Below, one piece after another: positions 12,400 through 26,240 of a DNA stretch of 64,000 nt (positions are counted from its first letter, which is position 1; each line of letters opens with the position of its first letter). Source of the DNA: the human T2T-CHM13v2.0 reference genome, Homo sapiens; the NCBI RefSeq assembly GCF_009914755.1, contig NC_060934.1; one strand, 5' to 3'. The notes below the pieces were generated by a model. It worked only from the letters and a program-made list of their open reading frames with translations. It had not been told where the DNA came from and ran no database searches. A program made the translations under genes and the position numbers.

Positions 12400-13160
12400 C
12401 TTATTTCATTCCTTTCCTTGTTAGTGGCACCAACGTACATCAAGGTAGGACTTGAGAATGGCTCTAGACACTTCCCTGTCCCCACCCTCAGGTCTGTAAA
12501 TACTCACCAGATTCTTCAGGCTGTGTTAGCTAAACATGTCTTTAACTCCCAGCTGCCTCCATCTTAGTCATGTCTTAGTCGTCCTCTAATTCATTTTCCA
12601 TGTTTTAACTCATAATAATGTCTGTTGCTAACTTACCCAAACCATCGCATAACTTCCCATCAGCCCTAGGATAAAATCCAGATCCTGTAATAAAATAAAC
12701 TAAAGTCTGTCATCTGAGTCTAAGCATTACTTCCTGCTGATCTTCACTATTTTATCTTTTATGCTTTATTGGTGCTAAACTACTTCCATTTCCCTACATG
12801 GATCACATAGTGCATATTCCAGTCCTTTCTTTTTACTTGCTTTCCTTCCACTTGAAATATAATTTCCCTTCCTTTCTTTTCCACTGCCCCTGCCTAAGGA
12901 ACTTCAACTCAGCCCTGAGCCTAGCACAGGTGACACCCCGTTAAGGGATGCCCTGAACCCTGTATCTTCTTGCCTTGCTACCTGTTACCTTGGTCATTCT
13001 TTCTTGTTACACATAGTCTGCTGTGCTTGGATTGTGTGCCAGTCTCTTCACCTGTGTATGAATTAATTTACTAGAAGCCAGGGACCAAGTTGTCTTCTAT
13101 TTATCACCAGTGCCTCACAGTCCCTGGCCTGTGGTAGGCACAAAATAAATATTTTAAGCT
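12400..13160 (+). mobile_element. L2 3' region fragments
   Basis: cttcccatcagccctaggataaaatccaga; ends ccagtgcctcacagt...gtaggcacaaaataaatattt. Confidence 0.65.
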
Positions 13161-14224
13161 GAGTGGAGTCGAAGTGAATGACAATCCTGTTGCTGAGGCA
13201 GTGCATGAAATAAAAAGATTCAAATGCAAAGTGCCAAATGAGAGCTTAGTGACTCAAAAGAGAGAACAATTACTCTGGGCTAGGGAGGGTTGGATGAGGC
13301 AGAATATTCGATAGAATCAGCATTGTGTTGCACGGGCTTTTATGTTCCTTTCAGTCTCCACAGAGCTACAGTAAATGGAGGAAGTGGTTGATTCGAAAGT
13401 TTCAGGGAGGGAACAGAAGGCCTCTCTTCTGTTGAGTAATGTGTCCCTTAAAGCACGTGAAAAATCAAGCATGGAACAGGCTTTTATATGAATAAACAAA
13501 ATAATTAATATCCCTGGCCAAGGTATTTTTATTTAGTTTATCAGTATCCAGAGTTAATACAAAGAAAGTAAGTAGGTTCTCTTTTTGCATTGCTAAACAA
13601 TAAGGGTCTACCAAAATAACTTTTGCTGGGCTCCAGTGTCAGCCTGTAAGACAGGTGGCCACTTCTATCCATAGAGCATTAAGAGACACCTTTCTGGCAG
13701 TTTTGGAAAAGCACTATGTCCCTGTTCCCAGACTTCAAGGTTTAAGTAATATTCAGTTCCAATTTCAGAGCATCCTGCTAAAAAATAACTTTTTTAATTA
13801 AAAAGGTACACATTTATGGTATATAACTGCTTTCAAATATTTAATCATTGGAAATGGCTAAATTGAGCCATTAACATATGCATTACCTCACATGCTTATT
13901 TTTTGTGGTGAGAATATTAAAATCTTAGTGATTTTCAAGAATATAATACAGTGTTATTAACTATAGTCACCATGTTGTGCAATAGATCTCTTAAATCTTA
14001 TTTTTTCTAACTGAAATTTTATATTATTTCACCGACACCTCCCCACCTCTCCCTCCAGCCTACTGCTAGTCCCTGGTAACCATTATTCTGCTCTCTGATG
14101 AGTTCGACTGTTACAGATTCTACATATAAGTGAGCTCATGAGGCACTTGTCTTTTTGTGCTTGGTTTATTCTACTCAGCACAGTATCTCCCAGCTTCATC
14201 CTTGTTGTCAAGAATGACAGAATT

Positions 14225-14839
<615 letters not shown>

Positions 14840-16829
14840 TCTTTTTTTTTTTTTTTTAAGGAAGTAGTGTAAGTAGTATACCATCGTGTGTATATAGCAC
14901 ACTTTCTCCATCTGTCAATGGACACAGGTTGATACCCTATCTTGGCTATTGTAAATAGTGCTACCATTACATGTGAGTGCAGACACCCCTTTGACCTATG
15001 GACCTATGGATTTTGGTTCCTTTGGATGGTGGGATTGCAGATAGTTTCATTCTTAATATCTTGGGAAACCCCCATACTGTTTTCCATAATGGCTGCATTA
15101 ATGGACATTTACACCGACAGTGTGGAAGAGTTCTGTTCTCTGCATTCTTGCCAACACTCAATATCTCTTGTCTTCTTGATAATAGTCTTTCTAACTGGGG
15201 TGAGGTAATATCTTATTGTGACTTTAATTTGCGTTTCCCCAAAGATTAGTGGTGTTAAACATTTTTTCATATGCCTGTTGGCCATTTGTACATATTCTTT
15301 TGAGAAATACCTACTCAGATCCTTTGCCCATTTTAATTGGGCTGTTTTCTTACTGTTGAGTTCTTTATTTTAGATGTTAACCCATTATCAAATGTGTGGT
15401 TTCCAAATATTTTCTCCCATTCTGCAGGTTGTCTCTTCACTCTGTTGATTGTTTCTTTTGCTATGTAGAAACTTTTAGTTTGATGTAACCCCATTTGTCT
15501 ATTTTTGCTTTTATTGACTATGCTTTTGGGGTCACTTTTTAAAAAAATAATTGCCCAGACCAATGTCATGGAGCTTGGCCCCAGTGTTTTCTTCTAGGAG
15601 TTGCTGTACCACTTCGTGCACATTTTGATGCCTATCAAACCATAATGATGATTCCTTCAGGGACTCTCTCTCTCTAAACCCAGGTAACCATTCAGCCACA
15701 TGAAAACATCATAGATGTCAGCCAGGCCAGCAGGCTGCTCCCAGTTATTTCAGGAAACTAGAGGTTCTGAACATCTTGAACTGCTCCAATGCCCTTCCCA
15801 CATCTCACAACTTCTAAGCTTTACACATGTCATAGGAAGCCCACTAATTCCTGAAAGAGGATGGGGAAAGATGTCTGTCATTCTCAGTCACTCCACAGTT
15901 GACTTGAGTCATAATTGCCAGACCCTGTCAATCCTTTTGAACAAACTCTGGGCTGCCTAGATGAAGTTACCCAACTGTTTTTATGGCTCCACTGCAGATC
16001 TGTGCTTGACTTCAGCAGGGAGAGGAAGTGGGAGGATGTGAACACTTCACAAGGAGGAGAGATTGCTTCTGATCATGAGAAAACGATAGAAACAAATCTC
16101 ACGTCTGATTCAGCATGCTCCAGCCCCTAATCCCTACGGGTTTGAATTAGGGGTCATTACACATCAGGAAAGCAGAATGAAGGCTTTGTGGCCCACACAC
16201 ATCGTCCCCCAGCATCCCAGTTCTGGCCTTCCAGAACTGCCAGCAGCCATAACACCTACACTGGCAAAAACCCCACTGTCATCTTGACTGAATTCAGATT
16301 TTCCTTCCAGAAATCACATCTCTCATGCAGAGCCTCATTAGAAAGTCTGAATATTCATTCCTTTCATGAACCTCATAACTAAATTCTGCTTAAGAAAGGT
16401 TGCTTAGGGGCGCTGATACCTATTGTAGGAAGTCGTGAGTTGTGTAAAAGAAGTAATGGGCTCTTTGTAGACAGTTTCACTAAGGATAGTTCCTCCTGTC
16501 TGAAAAGCCTCCTTACATCATTCCTCAAAGCTGCCAGTGTAACATAGACTTGAGAAGCCCTCTTTTATGCCGGGTAACTTGGTCTCACAGTCCTCAACTG
16601 GGGGGATGAAGGCTTGTTGACCACTGCCAGCATCTGCAGTGTCTCCACTTGTAATTTTTTATTCTCTAGGAGTAGGGGCAGTGGATTTTCTTTTCTGTGA
16701 GAACCATGCAAGATGACCAAGAAAGGAAATGCCACCCTCCTTTACCCAAAAACATCCCGCTGCTCCAGTCTTGCTCACCAAACACAAAACATTCAATAGA
16801 AGGACATAGTTTTCTATGCAACAGTCAAG

Positions 16830-17055
16830 TAGCCCAGGAGTTTGAGAGCAGCCTGGGCAAGACAGCAAGTCCCCAGCTCTACAAAAAGTTAAAAAAATAA
16901 AATAGTTTGGTAGGGTAGTGCGTGACTGGAGACCCAGTGACTCAGGAGACTAAGGCAGGAGGATCACTTGAGCCCAGGAGTTCATGACTGCAGTGAGCTA
17001 GGATTACACCACTGCACTCCAGCCTGGGCAACAGAGTGAGACCGTCTCAACAAAT
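16830..17055 (+). mobile_element. AluJ, 5'-truncated
   Basis: agcccaggagtttgag...gcactccagcctgggcaacagagtgagacc. Confidence 0.88.
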
Positions 17056-17691
17056 AAATTAGATATACTTGACAGTATTTTTAAAGTATAATACAGGGTA
17101 AGAAATATATAATTTATATAATCTTAATGGGTATATAGAGAGTTATATTTCTTAGCTAACTAAACTTGTGTTTAGCTTATTTATTCCCAACATCAGAAGG
17201 GGACCATGTAGAGTTAGGCATTCTGTGAAAAGTGTTCCCTTTCTGGATCCAAAGAAGAGTGTTTATAAATGTTCCTCCTCTCCTTCAAATCTGCCTCCCT
17301 CCACCCCTCAGGCCTGTGTTTCAGAATTCAGGACTCACCTTTTGCTTTCCATATCCAGCTCAGGCTCCGCTGCAGCAAGTCCTGTACTGGTTAAGTCCTT
17401 AGCTGAGCTGAGTCGTCGGTGCATCTCGACAAGGCCAGCAATGCTTTTCCCCAGACAGCACAGCCTGGTCTCACTTGGGGAAAGACTATCACTCTTGTTA
17501 GGATGACTCTAGCTTCTGGAAAACAAAAACCACAACAGTATTGTTTTAAGGAATACTGATTCTTTTCTGGGCCCGTCTTACCTTGAAAGAACCACCATAT
17601 AACTATCCATGTCTTCTTCCTCATCCTTCAATGAGGATTGTAAGCATGAGCTCAGATGAGGTTATTTTTATGCCACATATGGCTTACCTCC

Positions 17692-18388
<697 letters not shown>

Positions 18389-18868
18389 TTCTATTCCCAC
18401 CCATTCCCAATTAAAGAGGAAAAAAAAGTTTAGGTTATTCTACCATATTAATTTTGTACAAAATAGATTTTTCAGAAATCTCTAATAGATATGTCTAAAG
18501 AATCTATTGAAGGAGTGAATGGATCTGAGATCACTACATAAACCATGGAACAAGTGCAATTTTCTGATAAAAGCCATGTAGGATTGGGGATTTTGGCTAA
18601 GATTCCTCCTTAGTAGGAGACATTCGATGTATATAGTCACAAACGTGAACAAGCTAATATAGAAGAGCTCAGGATAGAGTCTCTGTAAGCTGGGATGTAT
18701 CCAATTGCCCAGGAACATGTTGATCTCAAGACCAGCAGGAAATCAGAGTAATTATTGTAATTTAATTTAAAAACATAAATCATTGACTAATGGGGATAAG
18801 AGTGTAACATAATAGTAGGAAATGGGTTGCAGCTATTTTCCTTGGAAGAAATGCATAGCATGAAAGGG

Positions 18869-19600
18869 TTAAAAACAAGCTTTACATTTACTTACATATT
18901 TAAATTTAATTATATATTCATTTGTATTTAGAGAAATGACACAATGCCACTATTATTACCACCAACTTGTTAAAATATCCTAATAATAAAGAACTGGAAA
19001 TAAAAAGTGAAGATGGCCTGTCTGGAAGTGGATCAACTATAGAATTTCATGGAACATTTCTGAGAAAGGCTAGATTTTTGTCCAGATTCTATGGCAAAAA
19101 GGGTTATTTACCTAGTCCTCAATACAAACCAAGAACACCACCTTGGAAAGCAAATGGTGCTTTTGCAAAATGCTGTATGAACTCTTTCCGATCTTTAAGG
19201 TACCACTTTGAAGAACAGAGGACACAAGGATACAAGTTGTTTTATTTTCCCCGAGGTTACAAAGAAAGTTTTCTAAAGTTAAACATTTTGAATTGTGAAT
19301 GTAATGTACAACATGTAACACACAGACTGGTTGTGAAAGTTGACCTTATTATCGTAGGCAGTAACGCTATTTTGCCATAGAATCTGGACAAAAATCTAGC
19401 CTTTCTCAGAAATGTTCCATGAAATTCTATAGCGGAACCACTTCCAGATAGCCCATCTTCACTTTTTATTTCCAGTTCTTTATTATAAGGATATTTTAAC
19501 AAGTTGGAGGTAATAACAGTGGCATTGTGTCATTTTTCTAAATACAAATGAACATATAATTAAATTTAAATACGTAAGTAAACGTAAAGTTAGTTTTTAA
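18869..19600. repeat. Large inverted repeat: arms 18869-~19114 and ~19355-19600, spacer ~240 bp
   Basis: Manual alignment of the left arm to the reverse complement of the right arm gives 14 substitutions and no gaps over ~231 bp; mirrored ORFs 18967+ and 19502- start with near-identical peptides. Confidence 0.97.
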
Positions 19601-19614
19601 AAGTGTTCCTCTGG

Positions 19615-21010
19615 TCCTTCATTTATTGATTTAATAGATAGATGCTCATGGAATATCTTTAACGTTCAAGGGTGACCTCAGGGTGACGGGGTGGTGTAAA
19701 GAGTATAGGGTAAGCAAAGAGGGGAGACACTGGCCCTGCTTGCAAGCCTCTTGCAACACAGATGGAATTAGAGGGAAACACATGAAGAATGACATATTAG
19801 TCAGAATGCCATAGGTATTGAGATAGGCACACAAAATAATGCTATAGGGTTTAGAGGATGAGTCATTCATATCTAATAAATGAAACTAAATAGGACTCAG
19901 GATATTGCATTTGAGTTAGGTTTCAACAGTTACCTGGGGTATATTGGGAAAATGTAGATACATAGAATGGGGTGAAAAGAGGCCTAATTCAGGAAAGTGT
20001 CGAGTAATTCCACAGGTCCTCACAGTCCACACAACTACCCCCATGAAATTCTGCATGCAATTTTTCTGGGAAAGTCCCCAGCTTTCACCAAACATTCAAA
20101 AATACTCTAAATCCCCAAAATGTTGAGAAACCCTCTGCTGTAGATCATATTTTGGGAGTAACAAGAAATGCAAGTTGTTTAATATGTAATACACATTTTA
20201 CCCTAAAAACAATTAAAGTACAAAATCATCAAATAGTAAACAAAAAAAGGAAATAATTTTAACCTCTGCATTTTGAAAGTGAGAAAAAGAGACTCTGGGA
20301 AGTGAGGGGTCTTGATTATAACCACTGAGATCATTACTAGATAAAGCTAAGGCTAAGTTTTAGAAAGCCTTTCGTTAAAATATGTGAAGAATGGAGTTTA
20401 TTTACTAGGCAGTAGGGAGTCATTAAATCATTTTGTACAAGGAGCATATATAAAAGATCTGCCTGGAAGAACTAACTGTTCATTAGATTGGAGAGGGAAG
20501 AGTCTAGACTAAAAGCCAACTGGAATTCATTACAACAATTCAAAGCAGAATCAGTGATGGTCTAAATCTGAAATGGTGGTAGAGGAAATGAAATTGAGGT
20601 ATAGGTTGAGAATTTCTTATCCAAAATGCTTAAGACCAGAAGTTTTAGGATTCTTGGAATATTAGCATTATGCTTTCTCACCCATTGAACATCCCAAACC
20701 CAGAATCTGATATCCACAATACAAAATGTTCCAATGAACATTTTGAGTGTCATGTCAGTACTCAGAAAGGGTTCAGATTTCGGAGAATTTCACGTGACAG
20801 TTTTGAACTGGGATTAATCAACCTGTAGTGTATTCAAAAACCTGAATAAAGGTGAAAGTCACAGGAGTCAGAATGGAATAGGTAGGAACACTAAAGAGAG
20901 GCAGGTGTCAAAGACAACTCACAGATTTAAAGTCTTGGAAACGGGGAGGATGTTGCTGAAATAGGTACCAGTTTCAGGAGGAAGGTAATATTTTGGTTTG
21001 GGATATGGAT
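19615..21010 (-). mobile_element. L2 fragments, with a MIR fragment near 20220-20330
   Basis: ttcatttattgatttaatagat L2-tail-like start; aggcagtagggagtcattaaa...ggaaga L2 motifs. Confidence 0.55.
20602..20825 (+). mobile_element. Tigger4a/MER46-type MITE with TA TSDs
   Basis: TA-taggttgag...atcaacctg-TA terminal inverted repeats. Confidence 0.8.
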
Positions 21011-22232
21011 AGTTTGATTAACAAAGAAAATTGCTAACTTCCTTACAAAATTGGTGGCTCTACAGTTAGTTTTCAAATGGAACTGAACATCAGCCCAATG
21101 ACAATTATACAATCTGAGCTGATACCCATTTACTGGCCTGGTACTGACTTTCTACTGGTGCACGCACACTACATGCAAGCAATAAAAACACAGTTGAATC
21201 TGTCTGGCCTTTATAGATGAAAGTAGAAAGAAAAAATTAGAATAAGTTTTATTTTACCCATAGGTTTATGAACATTTATTTCTATAGCCATATCAATCAA
21301 TGCTACTGACTCAATACATATGCATTTCATCAGCTCCTATGATATATTAGTAATGTTTACAGGTAAATTTTTGGGGGGATGTGTGCAAAAGTCAATAGTT
21401 TTGAACTTGAAGTAACTGACAGGTTAGTAGAGTTGTCACACATAAATACGATCACTTCTTTCTCAACACCACATTGCTTAATCCTAACATGCTAGAAGCC
21501 TCGTAAAATATGCACGTCCCATTTGTTCTTCCCTTAAAAATAGTTTTACTCTGTTAGAATTTGGAGGCTGGTAAGAATTAACCAAAAATTCAAGAACAAA
21601 CCTTGTCTCTATAGGATATGGAAACCGCACATGAAAAATGTGTTCCTTCCGCTTTTGTAGTTATTAGACATGAAGGTGATACTAGCCTTTGACTGCCAGA
21701 GTGGTAAGCCAAGTTTTGGCCTTAGGATATCAACAGTAATTCAGTATTATCTCTTCTAGCATCTAATTGTTCTTAGCTCTGTGTTTGTACAAACACATGA
21801 GACCTGACAAGTTCACTTGCCCTTAAACTCTCTAATTTCTGTCCCATATGAGAGGCTGACGTGTTTAATATTCTTGAATTTCTACCTTACTTTGTATCAT
21901 TCTTTGTTAATGGAAACTTTTGCACCTTTCTAACCTGTTGGCTGTGAAAGTTTAACTTTTGTTAGTTTTAAGGACAGAGTGAAACTAAATGATGTAAAAT
22001 GAAAAGATAAAACCAGAGTGTATGTCAGTTACTGAGAACTCTCCTCCCACCATGCCTTTTGTCCTCCTCCAAGGTGCTGGCCTCTGTGAAGAGGTTCCAG
22101 CCTTTATTTGAACCCCCAGAGCTCTGGACCAGCAGCTGGGATATGTCATGATTACTTTAGAGTGAGATTAATTTGAGGGCATCATGCAATAATGAGGTTT
22201 GCCTGAAAAATTAACACATCTTAAAAGACTGA

Positions 22233-22556
<324 letters not shown>

Positions 22557-23249
22557 AAGAGTTAGTGATATCTTTTTTTGTATCTTCTCCATCCCCATCC
22601 TCTCAAGAAGAATCGATTTGTAGATATCTTTTCCCTTGCCAATAGGTATAATTCCATTCTGTTACATTCCTCCTTTATTAAATTGAAATCAGCTAAGGAA
22701 ATGCAATTAGACTTTAAGAAATGTAATTAGAAAGAGAAATATTCTACAAAGACAATGTATTAGAGCATATTGAATGTTTTACTGTAAGGGCATAATTTGC
22801 TATTTTAATCTTATAGTATAAAAATCCAATTTTAATGATTCCTACTGTTAAAGAAAGTGGCTCAAATTAATTTCTCAATTTTCTAAAAGTTGATCCTTAT
22901 CCTGAAAGTTGGATCATGGAAATAAGTTTGTGAATACATTTACAGTTATAAATTTTACCTTAAGTCTAGCAGGATAAATCAATGTACATAAACACTGTAA
23001 TGTAAAGTAGAAAATTGGTTATAAAAGATGTTCAGATAAGGTGCTACGGAAGCTCTGAGGAGAAAAAATAAATTGTCTAATATAGAATTAGAGTCAGCTT
23101 CTTTGAGAGAGATGAGCTGAGTCTTGCAAGATCTGAATATGCAACTGTAGTTCAACAAATATTTGTTGAATACACTGTAGAAATATAGTATATACAGTCA
23201 ATATATTTATCTGTACTTTGCTGTTAAACTGCAACCCATTTTTTAAAAA

Positions 23250-23880
23250 TTTTTTATTTCCTTAGGTTATTGGGGAACAGGTGGTGTTTGGTTACATGAG
23301 TAAGTTCTTTAGTGGTTATTTGTGAGGTTTTGGTGCACCCATCACCCGAGCAGTGTACACTGCACCCATTTTGTATTCTTTTATCTATCTCTCACCCCAC
23401 TTCCCACTCTTTTCCTTGAGTCCCCAAAGTCCATTGTGTCATTCTTATGCCTTTGCATCCTGATAGCTTAGCTCCTATTTATGACTGAGAGCATGTGATA
23501 CTTGGTTTTCCATTACTGAGTTACTTCACTTAGAATAATAGTCTCTAATCTCATCCAGGTTGCTGTGAATGCCATTAATTCATTCCTTTTTATGGCTGAG
23601 TAGTACTCTATCATATTCCCACCAGCAGTGTAGAAGTGTTCCCTGTTCATTGCATCTATGCCAACTTCTATTATTTTTTGATTTTTTGATTATGGCCATT
23701 CTTGGAAGGAGGAAGGTGGCATTACCTTGCAGTTTTAATTGGCGTTTCCCTGATCATTAGTGATGTTGGGCATTTTTTTTTGTATGTTTCTTGGCCATTT
23801 GTATATCTTCTTTTGATAACTGTTTATGACCTTAGCCCACTTTTCAATGAGATTGTTTGTTTTTTTCTTGCTAATTTTGT
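23250..23880 (-). mobile_element. L1MA 3' end with internal deletion
   Basis: ggtggtgtttggttacatgagtaagttctttagtgg; cattcccaccagcagtgtagaagtgttccc. Confidence 0.85.
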
Positions 23881-23984
23881 TAAACTCTTATCCTATCATG
23901 CAACTGTTATTTTACTTTCATTTCTACCTCATATATTCCTAGAGCAGCTCATGATGGCTTGAATTTTTGATTGCTGCCTCTGAT

Positions 23985-24225
23985 CTCTAATAAACATTGA
24001 CAAGCATTCTCTCTAAAGAGCCAGGTAGTAAATATTTCTGGCTGTGAGGGCCACAGGATTTCTGTGGCACCTACTCCACTCTGCTGTGATAACATGAAAG
24101 TAGCCATAGCCAGCATATCAATGATGTACGTGGCTCTGTTCAAATAAAACTTTCTTTACAAAAACAAAGTTTTTGTAGGGAGCAGGCCAGATTCAGCCTA
24201 CAGATGGCAATTTCGTAATCTCTGG
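23985..24225 (+). mobile_element. MER58A (hAT-Charlie)
   Basis: taaagagccaggtagtaaatattt...gtggctctgttcaaataaaacttt...ggccagattcagcc. Confidence 0.75.
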
Positions 24226-24343
24226 TCCATACCATAGGCTTACTGTATCAGTCCAAAGAAAATATTTCTGATCTGTAATTTCCATAAAAAATGGTACTGT
24301 AACAACTAGGAAATCGTCATTCCTACTGGACCACACACGTATC

Positions 24344-24857
24344 TGTCAAGAACAGTCGAGAATATGAGATTTTACCCTACTTGCAAGTGCATAAGTTAGC
24401 CTGACAGTTTCATCGATGCTCTAGCTAATGACACAGACTCCTGGGTCAGAGAAAAAGGACAGCTTACTGCTCATGGTAAGAGCAGAATCAGAGCATCAGC
24501 ATTTCTTGTGCCGGCTTCTCAAGCTCTGGTTCCCACCGGGCAACAGAGAGCCAGGGAATAACCACATACAGTTCATTGGATTTTAGGAAAAGAACCCTGA
24601 GTTTAGAAAACAGAAATCTTCTATAATTGGCAATAAATATGCATGACCTTAGCCCCATAGAGAGATGCTAACTTCATTACACTGAACAGCAAGCATGTCT
24701 GCCCTTTGCTGTAGAGGTAGACAGCAACCATCTCTATTTGCCAAGACTGTTTGCCAAACACACATCCTTGACTAGAGAATCTAGACTAAAGGCTGGTAGT
24801 GCCTCTGCCTGCAAGATGCACAGAAATACAAGAAACTCACAGCGAGTTGTTTACCAA
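24344..24857 (-). mobile_element. LTR40-like ERVL solo LTR
   Basis: gagattttaccctacttgcaag...agactcctgggtcagag resembles LTR40. Confidence 0.65.
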
Positions 24858-25964
24858 CCCCAGCCTCTCAAACTATAGTCATATCCCTGTAGGTTTTGAA
24901 AGCTTTGATAGAAATACAGCGTTAAGACAATCATACTTAAATGCCCACTGAATTTACCAAAACATTAACAAAAATAATCAGGAAATGGCAGAGGCACTCT
25001 GTATATATTTAATTCAAGACTCTAACTACTCAACAACTAAGATGAACATTGACTCAATTCCAACCTGTGGTTCTTACCTTCGGATACATATTCCTTGAAA
25101 CACAATCACATTAAAATAAAACTATCTCAATGCTGCTTATTTATACTATAATTTTCAAAAGTCTCTGATATCTGTGTGTACCTGTTTGTACATGTATGGT
25201 AAAGGGTAGCTTGTATACGTATCAGAAGTTACAGGGTTAAAAAAAAAAGGAAAACATTGGTACGGAACTGAAAAGAAGTTGAGATGCTTTACATTTTAAA
25301 TATGCTTGCCAGAATTTCAGAATCATTTAATGAGATTAACCCTTTCAGAATTTAATTTAAATGAGTTTCCAAAAATTCACATTAGCTTTACTCACATGTA
25401 TATGGTAAGAGATGACCCATCTTCTCCCCATATAACAGTGGGAAGTGGTGTTAAATGAACATAGAGTAATTTGATCAAGGCCAATAGGCAGAGTTAGAAC
25501 AAAGTCCTAATTAAAACTTTTTTTCCCAAGCCACAGAGCTCACATATTTATTACTGAACAAACCTACTAGATAAGTATAAATACAAATAAAAATGTCATT
25601 ATTTTATCAATAAAACCTGTCCAATGATCTAGATTGTGCTGATTTTTTCAGTTTGATATGGTAAGATGCTAAAGACCCTGTGGGTGGCTGCCATGAATAT
25701 GTGAGCCATTTCACATGCAAGACCTCACAGGTGAAACTTGGCTCTTCTCCCACGTCTGCTTGTGGAACTGTACCTGACTTTATGACCAGTTCTCATCCTA
25801 ATCTCCTGGAGAATGGGTTCTGCTTGATTCTTGGCCAGGAGTTACTGGATCCTGAAAGTCTTCTGAAGAAGACACATTGAGGAGGAAAGCCAACCACATA
25901 CACCATATCATGGTGGAGAAGGATTTTTTTTTTTAACCAATAACTGTAAAGTTTTATCAGGGAC

Positions 25965-26240
25965 CTATCACCGTGACGCACACCTGGAATCCCAGTGCTT
26001 TGGGAGGCTTAGGTGGGAGGATCATTTGTGCCCAGGAGTTCAAGACCAGCAAGGGCAACATAGTGAGACTTTGGCTGTATTAAAAAAAAAAAAAAAAAAG
26101 CCAGGCATGGTGGCCCACACCTTTAGCCCAAGCTACTCAAGAGGATTACTTGAGCCCAGGAGTTTGAGGCTGCAGTGAGCTGTGGTCAAACACAGCGCTC
26201 CAGCCTGGGTGACAGAGCAAGACCCTATCTCAGAAAAAGA
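25965..26240 (+). mobile_element. AluJ with expanded central A-tract
   Basis: Dimeric Alu with J-type diagnostics. Confidence 0.88.

Noticed and set aside
18967-19502. Paralogous peptide genes MLKYP.NKELEIKSEDGLSGSGS on opposite strands
   Set aside because: Mirror images created by the inverted repeat; both begin at TTG, with no exon or domain evidence
18861-19600. piggyBac-type element with TTAA target duplication
   Set aside because: TTAA bounds both ends, but it is self-complementary and part of the arms; the termini lack the CCC/GGG ends typical of piggyBac. A Dfam search would settle this.
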